Positions 1 to 11,301 of a stretch of 57,139 nt of DNA are shown here, piece after piece. Source of the DNA: Tubiluchus corallicola (taxonomy: Eukaryota > Animalia > Priapulida). The notes beneath the pieces were generated by a model. It was given only the letters and a program-made list of their open reading frames with translations, was not told where the DNA came from and did no database searches. The translations under genes and the position numbers were made by a program. The stretch covers positions 1 to 57,139 of the forward strand of contig JAQGDQ010001180.1 of assembly GCA_030141605.1 (NCBI GenBank), in the 5' to 3' direction. The stretch's first letter is position 1. Every line of letters starts with the position of its first letter.

Positions 1-118
1 ATTGTAAAATTCGATAATGTTTTCCTTTAAATGCGGTCAGTAACATTTGTAAAATTGGATAATGTTTTCCTTTAAACGTAATCAACAACCATTGACTTTT
101 TTCATGGTTTTCATATAG

Positions 119-252
119 TGCGTTCCAGTCAAGGGCATGGGATTCATGAGTGGGACGTACCTGTGTTACTGTGAGGATGGTTATTACTTTCCAAACGTTA
201 CATCCTCGCCACCAGCGTTCTCGGGATTTGATATAGAGAAAGAACATCTATT
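119..252 (+). CDS. GPR158-like: GPR158/GPR179-like class C GPCR, internal exon (EGF-like region)
   Basis: Acceptor catatag|, donor |gtaagt. Translates CVPVKGMGFMSGTYLCYCEDGYYFPNVTSSPPAFSGFDIEKEHL, matching the GPR158-family C.PxxGxGFxxGxYxCxCxxGxYxP motif. Upstream exons are outside the window. Confidence 0.9.
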
Positions 253-434
253 GTAAGTAGTCGATTCTTTTCAGAAGTTAATTTAATCGTTTCTTCCACC
301 AAAAGGTTAATTAGTTTTGTACGTTGCTTATATAGTTGGACTTATTTGCATTATGTATCTGTAACGGGGTTTATTAATAACATCATAAAAATTTGTAGTT
401 TGAATTTTAATTTTTGCTGAGTTTGTTCTTTTGC

Positions 435-1073
435 TTAAAGGAAAACCAGACGATTGTGTAAACAATGGTTCAAAATAAAGTATGCTCCGCAAAGATTTTT
501 TTAAATCAAAGCTTTGATTAAATAATAATTACCTCGGATAGTTATATCCTGTTAAAATATCAAAGCTACGCGCGACTCAGTGAATTCACTACGATTGACA
601 GTGGCGTATTTTTGTCACATTCGCCTGGCCGACATATAGGCGCTGTACCGCGATAAGCACGACATAAACTGCAGTGTTCGTCTGTGACGTCAGTGTGACG
701 TAGAGCTATTAAAAGAATTTCCTGTTTGTTTTCATTTTAAATACTCCCGCGTGACTGTCACGGTGGCGCCATATTAGATGGCGTCACAGAACCACAACAC
801 AAATCTTTATAGTACACGTGCTCAGAACTCACTGCGACAGTGTTCGAGTGATGTCATGCCACGTGATCAGTCACATGTTGGCTTTTCAATTGGCGCACTA
901 AATGAAACATGTCTGCGCCAACGTTTACTGCAGCGGTTGAAATATTTTACAAAAATTGGAGTAAATGCGAAAACGTGAGTAACTTATTCGCTTAAGCTTA
1001 TACCTAGGTGATATAATTTTTTATTGTGAATTTTCTGAGACTTACTTTGGTAGGCCATTTCCTTGTCATTTAA
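435..1073. mobile_element. Kolobok-like non-autonomous DNA transposon remnant
   Basis: Starts TTAA|AGGAAAACC and ends ...ccttgtcat|TTAA. Segment 721-775 is the reverse complement of a similar segment at about 51430-51483, which lies next to another ...gtcct|TTAA end at 51611. Confidence 0.4.
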
Positions 1074-1912
1074 TGGGTTTTAGGAAAACGCAAAACTCAT
1101 TGTGCAACATTTGCAGACTTACTCAACAGAAATTACGCCCTTCTGTACTTGAATTTAAAATAACACAAAACTAAAAATAACACAAAATGAGACAATAATA
1201 TGAATTGGTCGGTTACTAAAAACAGGTTGTATGTAGGCGTTTTTTTGTGCAAACGTAACTTTTCTGGCTTCATAAGAAACTGAAACCCAAAGATTCTATT
1301 CTGATTGCTGTGTCTGTAATAAAACCGTAACCAAATACGATGAAATGGGCGAAGGTAATTTGAACATATGTCAGATTTTAATCTGTCTAATGGTCTAAGC
1401 TATTCTTGTACTTGCTGTGCAAGATCAGGTGACGGTGCTTTCATAACACATGTAATTTTGCTCTAACAGGGTAATGTTTCTGAAGAAAATTACACGAAAG
1501 TTAGCTTGAACATGATGCAATTTAGTTGGTCAATTCGAGTGATGTGTAAATGCACAGAATAGATCAAAAACAGAAGAATTTTACAAATTAATGATTATTA
1601 TTTTTGAAATGTCGTAGGTAATTCTGTGCAATTAAATGAGTAATCAACTCACTTGGCTTTTGCCACCAGCAACAAATCGCTGAATAAGAATAAATGCCGA
1701 TCGCCCTGCAAAAAATAAACAAAATTTTACATAAATATCTTCATAGCGATAGTAGTTATTTATAATTCTGTTTTTACCTTGCGAATAACGATTTTTAAAC
1801 AAAGAAAAACTCGTACAAAGTTAGAACAGGACTAAATTAAGCATACCAACTGGGACAAAGGGAATATCATTGATTGCATCACCGGGGTCATCATTCATTA
1901 TACTCTGAGTCT

Positions 1913-2090
1913 TAAAGGAAGACCGAACGATTGTTTACACTCAATCTCATTTTAATTTACTGTCCAAAATATACATTTTCTTGCCTATAAAAGTCAGCAG
2001 TCGTTTCTAATATTTGAATAATTAGCTTGGAAAGTTATTTAACGGCAACCGAACACAGCTACCGCTTACATCAGAAACTAACCACAGTTT
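1913..2090 (+). mobile_element. Truncated left end of the Kolobok-like family seen at 20656 and 35182
   Basis: Start TTAA|AGGAAGACCG is shared with 35178; downstream acatca(g/c)aaactaac is also shared. Confidence 0.45.
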
Positions 2091-2096
2091 GGTTTA

Positions 2097-2147
2097 TCAC
2101 ACTTAATCTTTGACCTACAGCAACTGCGCGTGCGCACAACGAAACTG
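2097..2147 (-). mobile_element. Fragment of the AGCCTTTTCACAGTT-TIR MITE family
   Basis: ctttgacctacagcaactgcgcgtgcgcacaacgaaactg is the reverse complement of the left part of the copies at 29113 and 37969. Confidence 0.7.
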
Positions 2148-2728
2148 CTACTGCTACTATTGTTGCTATTACTACTGTTACTACACCTCGGCTACCTTTA
2201 CCGCTACCAAAAAGTAATACTGGAATTGTAATTTATATCACAGTAGAAATTTGCATGTAGATTATAATGAATTTTGCGAAAGAAACAGTAGTAATAAATT
2301 GTACAGTTATAAGCTGATGTTACTACTAAAACCAGAAGCAGTGTGCAACAAACACAAATTAGTTATTTAGAAGAAAATCATTTTAATTACTCTAAATTTA
2401 AATTTATATTGTCATCATACGTATTTGAGTTTTGGATAGTGCTGCCACCTTCAGGTGTTCTTGTTAAAATTGTTAAATCTTTCTCTTTACTGTGTAAATT
2501 TTCATTGGCTTCTACAGTCTTTATGAATGCATATTCTCTAAACCTGTTTTCACACCTAAATGATTTCACCTGTAGTTTTGGTGACTTGGTTTTCTGCTTT
2601 TCAACATGACACTACTTCACTGTTTATGTAGACACTTCAGAATAAAATCTTAAAACTAAATTTCAAGGTTTTTTGGTTTCTTCAAACCAGAAGTAATACT
2701 TATAATTCATTATTACAAACTTTTACAG

Positions 2729-2924
2729 TAACAAAGAGGTATTCAACATGGATCTGTTCACATGCTTGCCATGCGCAGAAGGTTGTGACACGTGCAGCGA
2801 TGCTGCCCCCTGTATGGCGGAATACAATATAGCAGTTCGCCTTGTTCTTCTTGCTGTTCTTCTAGTTGACATCTGCCTGGTTCTCTTTTGCACATTAGGT
2901 GTTTACAAATATCGTCCTCAACCG
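2729..2924 (+). CDS. GPR158-like: GPR158-like exon (Cys-rich stalk + TM1)
   Basis: ttttacag|...|gtacgt; the phase-2 join with the previous exon is in frame. Encodes CLPCAEGCDTCSDAAPC followed by hydrophobic TM1. Confidence 0.92.
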
Positions 2925-3008
2925 GTACGTTGTTTAATAACGTTTCTATAAATGACTCGTGTAAAATAACGCGTGGAATTTAATTGTGCATTGCAATTTA
3001 GATGTTGC

Positions 3009-3588
3009 ATAACTGGAAGTGGGTGCGCGGGTCATTATAGGTTACATGGGTCACAGTTTTTCGGCGGGTCACGTGTGCATGGGTCTGAAACCAGCCCCAC
3101 CCGTGACCCGGGCTAAAATTAAATTGTCAATAATAAAATAATATTTTAAAACCGTTTGAGGTTATTATTTTAAATGAAACTTACAATAAAATAATTATTG
3201 TAATATAGTAATTAATAAAATAAAATAATTACAATTGTGTATAGGATACCACAGCACCACTTTAATTTTATGGCTGCAGTTGAAGTTTTTGTCACTTGCA
3301 ATGATTGTATCACTCAGAAGTCGCTGCTCTTGCTTTATGAAAACCTTCGTATTCGAGTAACACAAGTATTTAGAAATTTGAATGATTTTGCAGTTGTTCG
3401 GAAGCTGATACTATAGATGTCTTCTGGAAAGTGGAGTTAAGACCGAATCAATATGGGGTCAGCTTTGTTAGGACGTGGGTGGTTTTTGTCCGAGGGGTCA
3501 TGGGTGTGGATCAGGTTGAGTCTGTTTCATGGTACCTGTGGGTCATGTGGATGATGGATCTAACTTGGTGACCCGCTTTCAGACATAG
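3009..3588. mobile_element. Degenerate hAT-like MITE
   Basis: GC-rich ends with clustered GGGTCA/TGACCC subterminal motifs around an AT-rich core; weak terminal inverted similarity. Confidence 0.35.
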
Positions 3589-3629
3589 TGTACAAATAAT
3601 ACCTAATTTGAGGGTAATAGGACATCCAT

Positions 3630-4263
3630 GACCACTCGGGATTGATACCACCAGGTTTCTGACCCCTCGGGATTGGTACCAGCAGGTTTCTTACCCCTCG
3701 GGATTGGTACCAGCAGCTTTCTGACCCCTCGGGATTGATACCAGCAGCTTTCTGACCACTCGGGATTGATACCAGCAGCTTTCTGACTCCTCGGGATTGA
3801 TACCAGCAGCTTTCTGACCCCTCGGGATTGATACCAGCAGGTTTCTGACCCCTCGGGATTGATGCCAGCAGCTTTCTGACCCCTCGGGATTGATGCCAGC
3901 AGCTTTCTGACCCCTCGGGATTGATACCAGCAGCTTTCTGACCCCTCGGGATTGATACCAGCAGCTTTCTGACTCCTCGGGATTGATACCAGCAGGTTTC
4001 TGACCCGTTGGGATTGATAACAGCAGGTTTCTGACCCCTTGGGATTGATGCCAGCAGCTTTCTGACCCCTCGGGATTGATGCCAGCAGCTTTCTGACCCC
4101 TCGGGATTGATACCAGCAGCTTTCTGACCCCTCGGGATTGATACCAGCAGCTTTCTGACTCCTCGGGATTGATACCAGCAGGTTTCTGACCCGTTGGGAT
4201 TGATAACAGCAGGTTTCTGACCCCTTGGGATTGATACCAGCAGGTTTCTGACCCCTCGGGATT
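3630..4263. repeat. 31-32 bp minisatellite, about 20 copies, in a GPCR intron
   Basis: Unit gacccctcgggattgataccagcagctttct; the variant pattern repeats in a higher-order block. Confidence 0.95.
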
Positions 4264-4381
4264 TGAATACCACTAGTGGTAATCTGAAATCATTACCGCA
4301 GCTTCCACAAGACATACCTTTTCAGCAATATATCTAACATTAACATTAACGTTGTTTTATTGCCTGGATACATTGTTTCAG

Positions 4382-4560
4382 ATTATTAAAGCTGCAAGTC
4401 CATTGTTCTGTTATGTGATAATAGCTGGGGTGTTCATCATGTGCATACAAGGAATATTGTTGTTTCCTGAACCAAACGACGTACTCTGCATCATTTCTCC
4501 ATGGTTTGAAAACATGGGATATTTTCTCACTTACGGGGCTCTGCTTCTTCGCACATGGAG
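4382..4560 (+). CDS. GPR158-like: GPR158-like exon (TM2-TM3)
   Basis: tttcag|ATT ATT AAA GCT GCA AGT CCA. Encodes IIKAASPLFCYVII...CIISPWFENMGYFLTYGALLLRTWR, typical class C TM2/TM3. Donor AG|gtttgt. Confidence 0.9.
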
Positions 4561-4634
4561 GTTTGTAGTTATCAGTTTACTTCTATTTCAAACCTGACTT
4601 GTCTCAATTTTTTCCACATGCTTTCTTTTGGTCA

Positions 4635-5091
4635 AACAGCACCGCAACAGCAACAACAACACCAATGACGATGATGACGACAAGCACAACAACACCATCA
4701 GCAGCAGCAACAACAACAACACCAACGACAACGACGACAACGACGACAACGACGACAAAGACGATAACCACAACAACAACAGCTGCTACTACTACTACTA
4801 TAGCGACAGCAACGGCAGCAACAGCAGCAACAACAACAATAACAACAGCAACGTCAATGACGATGATAATGATAAGCACAACAACGACAACAACAACAAC
4901 AACAGCAAAAACAACAACAACACCAATGACAACAACAACGATGACGATAACCACAACAACAAGAATAACAGCAACAGCTACTACCACTACTCCAGCAACA
5001 GCAACAGCAGTAGCAACAACAACAACAGCAGCATCAGCAGTAACAACAACAACAACAACAACAACAACAGCAACAATAGCTACTACTACCA

Positions 5092-5124
<33 letters not shown>

Positions 5125-5135
5125 TAGCAGCAATT
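4635..5135. repeat. Compound trinucleotide microsatellite (ACA/GCA/ACG)n
   Basis: Seen directly; it produces the poly-T/N/V pseudo-ORFs. Confidence 0.95.
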
Positions 5136-5188
5136 AGGTAACATATATTTTTAAAATTTTCTTCACTTTTGCATTAACATTGAAACAG

Positions 5189-5403
5189 GATTGCAAGAAT
5201 TTTCAAGGTCAAGTCAGCTAAACAAATCCGACTTGGAGACCGAGAACTGGCTAAAAGATTAATACCAATAGTTTTGGCAGTGACTGCATATTTATCCGCG
5301 TGGACACTGAGTGATCCGCCCCACATTTATACACTGCTGACACCTGACGAGCTGAAATTTTACCATTGCTCATCCAGCTGGTGGGATCACGTGTCTAAAG
5401 TTG
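5189..5403 (+). CDS. GPR158-like: GPR158-like exon (ICL2, TM4, ECL2)
   Basis: aaacag|G ATT GCA AGA. Encodes IARIFKVKSAKQIRLGDRELAKRLIPIVLAVTAYLSAWT...KFYHCSSSWWDHVSKV. Donor |gtaagc. Not in the ORF track. Confidence 0.9.
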
Positions 5404-5464
5404 GTAAGCTAGAATTCCTGGACCTTGGCTAAGCTTATTAGTGTTTTATGTTATATTTTACTCA

Positions 5465-6235
5465 AGCACCACGTGTAGAGAATCTGAACTCTTTTATATC
5501 ATTGTATCAACAAACTAGGGTTGTTGTGTTTGATAAATTAAATGAAATACTTCTGCCCGAAAACCTTAATATAGCTGCCTTAGGAACTAACGATCTGTTG
5601 AAGTTGTTATTATTCGGAAAAGATGAATTTAACTATGTTGCTAACTGTAAAATATTCCAATGCATACGTGACTTTATATTACGTACTAAACGCTTTCAGT
5701 AGTTTCTATCTGATATGAAATGCATCAGTCTTAAATAATCGTACATTAATATTTTCTAACCGTCATTTTCTACTAATGCTTAATGTAATCTTGTAGTAAA
5801 ACTTCTCAGCTTGTGTTGTTATAGTCAATTCTTACTGTAAATGTTACTAATGTGTAATGTAATCTTGTAGTAAAACTTGTCAGCTTGTGTAGATATAGTC
5901 AATTCTTACTGTAAATGTTACTAATGTCTAATGTAATCTTGTAGTAAAACTTGTCAGCTTGTGTAGTTATAGTCAATTCTTACTGTAACTGTTACTAATG
6001 TCTAATGTAATCTTGTAGCAAAACTTGTCAGCTTGTGTAGATATAGTCAATTCTTACTGTAACTGTTACTAATGTGTAATGTAATCTTGTAGTAAAACTT
6101 GTCAGCTTGTGTTGTCATAGTCTATTCTTACTGTAAATGTTTTTGTAAATAGTGTATAAAGTCTGTTGTGGTGAGGATCTTAAATCATCTTGTTCAAACT
6201 GTCTGATCCAATCCTAAATAAATTATGTTTAAACT
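5465..6235 (+). mobile_element. 5'-truncated non-LTR retrotransposon (CR1/L2-group) 3' end: ORF2 C-terminus plus 3'UTR
   Basis: ORF ends LLKLLLFGKDEFNYVANCKIFQCIRDFILRTKRFQ*, a typical LINE ORF2 terminus (LLFG...N..IF...FI..TKRF). The tail ends gaggatcttaaatc...ccaatcctaaataaa. Confidence 0.65.
5771..6141. repeat. 74-bp tandem repeat, about 5 copies, inside the LINE 3'UTR
   Basis: Unit tactaatgtctaatgtaatcttgtagtaaaacttgtcagcttgtg...cttactgtaaatgt at 5771, 5845, 5919, 5993 and 6067. Confidence 0.92.
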
Positions 6236-6337
6236 AACTGTTTTATAAAATTGTTCTCTGAACGATTTTTATTTTATAAGGATCATTGCAACTCTGTACA
6301 TGCTAATTAATTAAAAATACATTTACTGGTTTTGCAG

Positions 6338-6476
6338 GGCAAGCTCTGTTTCTCGTCTGGGGTGTTTATCTATGTTACAGCGTTCGGAAAGCGCCATCTA
6401 GTTTCAATGAAAGTAAATTTATCTCTTGGGCCATTTACAACACAATTATCGTCAGCAACTTTCTTGTTATCATCAG
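6338..6476 (+). CDS. GPR158-like: GPR158-like exon (TM5-TM6)
   Basis: ttttgcag|GG CAA. Encodes QALFLVWGVYLCYSVRKAPSSFNESKFISWAIYN, containing the class C P.xFNES/EP motif. Donor |gtaaaa. Confidence 0.92.
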
Positions 6477-7123
6477 GTAAAATCCGTTTGACGCTATTTG
6501 AAGCTGCGGGGAGATTTTATTTACTTATTTTAGAATTTTTTTTATTAGTTTGCTGCCATCATTTTACTATCCAAACGAAACATCAACTAACTTGACTAGT
6601 GACCACCATAATTAGTATTTATGCCTGCTCTTCCGTTGCAGTTTCCATCTTTATTCCTTGCCTAAGAGGCTTGTAATCCCTCCTTACTTACCTACCTACT
6701 TACCTGCCTACCTACGCACATATTTAATTATATGTCCATTAGTTACTCATCTAATTATTCACTTATTCAGCTAGAGTGCAGTTTCATTTGGGGGCTATCT
6801 ATACATTTAAGATAGTGATTAAATGAATCTTTTAGCATATCCTGCATATGTTTTAATATAATATGTAACTGAGGCATGGCAAAAAAAACCACCAGACTTG
6901 CTTGAATAAACTGAAAATCGTATGATTTGACTTAGAAGAATTGGTCTTTTTGTAACTGTTGCAAACAAATATCTTTAAATTAAAATTAAAGCTTTAAAGC
7001 GAATGTGACTCAGCAGTTACTTCATATTTTGGTCAAGCAGTAGATACCACCACATTTTGGATGATGTTGAAATCACCTTAGATGTTTTTTTGGCTTTGTG
7101 ACTAGAAATGAATCTCTTGCTAT

Positions 7124-7415
7124 AAGAGGGTGGCAGGGAGAGAGAGAGAGAGAGAGAGACAGAGTGAGAGGAAGAGGGTGGCAGGGAGAGAGAGAAAGAG
7201 ACAGAGTGAGAGGAAGAGGGTGGCAGGGAGAGAGAGAGAGAGAGACGGAGGGAGAGAGAGAGAGACGGAGGGAGAGAGAGACAGAAAGAAAGACAGAGAG
7301 AGACAGAAAGAAAGACACACACAGAGAGAGAGAGAGAGAGACAAAGAAAAGACAGTGAAGGGGGGAGGGGATTAGGGAGGGAGGGAGGGAGGGAGGGAGG
7401 GAGAGGGTGGCAGGC

Positions 7416-7448
<33 letters not shown>

Positions 7449-7473
7449 AAGAGATAGAGAGACAGAGAGAGAA

Positions 7474-7504
<31 letters not shown>

Positions 7505-7509
7505 AAGAG

Positions 7510-7558
<49 letters not shown>

Positions 7559-7689
7559 CACAGAGACAGAATCACTTGTAGTAATACAGTAATATCCAGA
7601 ATTTGAAATATTCTGAAATCTTATGAAAGCTGGATATTACCTGACTGACAGAATATTGTTCTTGGCCTATTAATAGGTACATATGTCAA
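7124..7689 (+). repeat. (GA)n-rich tract plus a ~120-bp non-microsatellite tail (copy A of a dispersed duplicate)
   Basis: Tail gaatcacttgtagtaatacag...ggtacatatgtcaa recurs at 11166-11301. Confidence 0.85.
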
Positions 7690-8029
7690 GTCTTCCTTAC
7701 TGGATTTCTAGATATCACAGGATTTAATACTGACGTAATAATGACATAATAATAATAAAAATCTTTATTTAAAGTCGACTTGCAATGCTGATAGGTTCTA
7801 TTCAATTTTAGGCTGACCTTCATTTCCGCGTTGGTTATTTTTGTTGTTGTCCTAATATAAAAATTTCTTAAACTAATTTTGGATTATTTAAGGATGGAGA
7901 AATATACGATTGTTGAGCTCAAAATTGTCTAAGCAAACAACCTACAAGGGTAATAACTGGTAAAAATAAACCCACAGATTCACAAAGACCCCTCCCACAA
8001 TCACCGTCACAATCTAACTAATTCTACCC

Positions 8030-8120
8030 ATATTATTCATATGTTTTTATCTATGCAGATGCTGGTTAGCAATGCAGGACCAGACCTGTATTCACGTATT
8101 CACATAATTGTTGTTCAAAG
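8030..8120 (+). pseudogene. Decayed partial duplicate of the GPR158-like TM7 exon
   Basis: Translates MLVSNAGPDLYSRIHIIVVQ versus MLGSVGPDIIYLIHVIQLQ in the real exon. Both are preceded by tattattcatat(g/a)ttttta. Confidence 0.55.
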
Positions 8121-8152
8121 TGAATTTTTCTGTATTATTCATATATTTTTAG

Positions 8153-8258
8153 GCAGGTAATGCTTGGTAGTGTTGGACCAGATATCATCTATCTTATTCA
8201 CGTCATACAGCTACAAGTTCCCACGGCTATGACACTATTGCTCATCTTTATCCCTAAG
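8153..8258 (+). CDS. GPR158-like: GPR158-like exon (TM7)
   Basis: tttttag|G CAG GTA ATG. Encodes QVMLGSVGPDIIYLIHVIQLQVPTAMTLLLIFIPK, ending in the class C IFIPK motif. Donor |gtatgt. Confidence 0.9.
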
Positions 8259-9153
8259 GTATGTTCACACTCACAACGTCAGCACAGTAACAAAAGTACT
8301 GAGTTTGAGATATTTCATCTCACGTCACACTCAGGTATTTCTAATATTAAACAAATGGAACGGAATTCTCAGGAAAGCTTTAGGGCAGGGTGTATAGCCA
8401 AGTGGTCTCGCGCACACATTTCATGTAAATGGCTTGTGACTGCTTGGGTTTCATACTTGCTCTGACTGATCTCATTCACTGCACCGACTGTAACTGTTTA
8501 TTTCTGGGGAAGTATACATACGTCATAGCGTGACTACATGGCCACAACAGTGCCTCATTATAGAGAGATATTTTTAATAATGATTCAAGTACCGGTCTTG
8601 CCACAAACATCGCATTGAGGAGGCCTTCTTGTAAACACTGGACTCCAGCTGTGTGCCAACTAGAATAAAACACGAACAAAACTACCTCTTTTTTAACCAA
8701 ATAAAAAACGTTACCCGTAACAGATGGTCAGCTAACCCAAACACCTCTTATCTAGATTTGCTGCAAAATTATGTCTCTATAAGTTTTCGCGAGAATTGAT
8801 TTCACCATGGACTGTTATATCGGGCGACGCAAAAAAAACGTGCCGAAGTTATAAGAAAAATACGAAATCGCTTAACAACTACCACACTAATGTTGCAATC
8901 GCATATGCTAAACAGCAAAAAAAAATCAGATCATTTTCTGCGATTTTTCCAAAGATGCAGAAGCTGCAAAGCAGCAAGATAGAAAATAAACGTAAACCGG
9001 TAAAATTATAAACATGCATCTTTCACAGCCAAGAAGTAGTCCATGTACCACACGGTGAAATTTCAAATTTCTAGGGTAACTTGCTTCCAATATTATTATA
9101 GTCTAAACTTTGGCACTTTTTCTCTGCCACCCGTAATATCCTTTGTATAGATG

Positions 9154-9708
<555 letters not shown>

Positions 9709-9744
9709 ACTTAACTGTACACGTTAACTGTAATTCTTTAATAG

Positions 9745-9930
9745 TTTTGCATGATCAAGATCGGCACTCTTCATTCTGGCACATCAAATGCGTCACAAAG
9801 TACAGGCAAAGGTATCACAGGAGTTGGAAGCAAAGTTTATCCAGCTAGTTCGACTGGCGTAGGATCCGAAACAATGAACTCACAGCTCACACCAAACCCA
9901 GGAAGCAAGAATGCCTCCGAAACTCTCTGA
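9745..9930 (+). CDS. GPR158-like: GPR158-like terminal exon (short Ser/Thr/Gly-rich cytoplasmic tail)
   Basis: tttaatag|TTT TGC ATG gives IFIPK|F, then 61 aa to TGA. AATAAA at about 10030 and 10040. The seven exons sum to 1155 nt (385 codons). Confidence 0.75.
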   Translation, partial: FCMIKIGTLHSGTSNASQSTGKGITGVGSKVYPASSTGVGSETMNSQLTPNPGSKNASETL

Positions 9931-10829
9931 AACTTAGTCCAGCACATTCTGTCGGGAGTCAACAGTATTGCGTCCATAGAATCCATAATCTGTTTAGCGG
10001 ATTGTGACACTGACCCGGACAGTAGTATTAATAAATGAAAATAAAAACGTGGTGTGCATTTGTTGCGATTTCGCATCCCAAGTTTACCTCCTGATTTTCG
10101 CATTTGATTAGCTGTTCAAATAACTTATATAATCATCTATTATTTATATTCCAAAATTCCATAAACAATACATTATCAGATATATATTGTTCAGTGTCAG
10201 TATCACTTATATATATATCTGATAATGTATTGTTTATGGAATTTATATATATATCGCTTATTAACCATAAAATTTTGTAAATAATACAGAGATCGTGAAG
10301 TTCTATTCTGTAAGAGAAATTTCGTAAGTACAAAACACATGTAAGTTTATCAAAGTATGCGAAGGGTACCTAAACAGCATAATATATAACGTACTTTTGT
10401 AATTATTACATCAGCTGTAGACTGACAATGAACAGTTTTACTAAATAACACATGCGGAAATAAATAATGCAATATTTTGACGAAAAAGGTAAAAGTAAGA
10501 AAAAGAGCCACGATTATAATGTTAGGAACTTTGAAACACTTTTAAACACTTCATGAATTTCACAGCAAATCGATTTCAATTGGAAACATTACAGTCAAGA
10601 TATTACTACTGCAAAACAGAACAATGATTAAAGTTTTACCATTGAGATGTCGACACAGGTCAGGAAGATGGACTTGTACGGCCCTGAGGAGAAGGCAAAA
10701 TGGAAAGAAGTAGAAGGCACAAATAAAGGAGGAGAAAGAAATAACAGGGTGATGGTGAGAATAATGACTGTGACAAGTGAATGAAGTGATGGTGAAAGTG
10801 AAGATTAGATTCAAATGAGCATATAGACC

Positions 10830-11301
<472 letters not shown>

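Noticed and set aside
3560-4315. 251-aa repetitive ORF on the minus strand
   Set aside because: It is a translation of a 31-32 bp minisatellite whose unit is not a multiple of 3, inside a GPCR intron.
4588-5141. Mucin-like poly-Thr, poly-Asn and poly-Val ORFs
   Set aside because: Trinucleotide microsatellite within an intron; the flanking exons join in frame without it.
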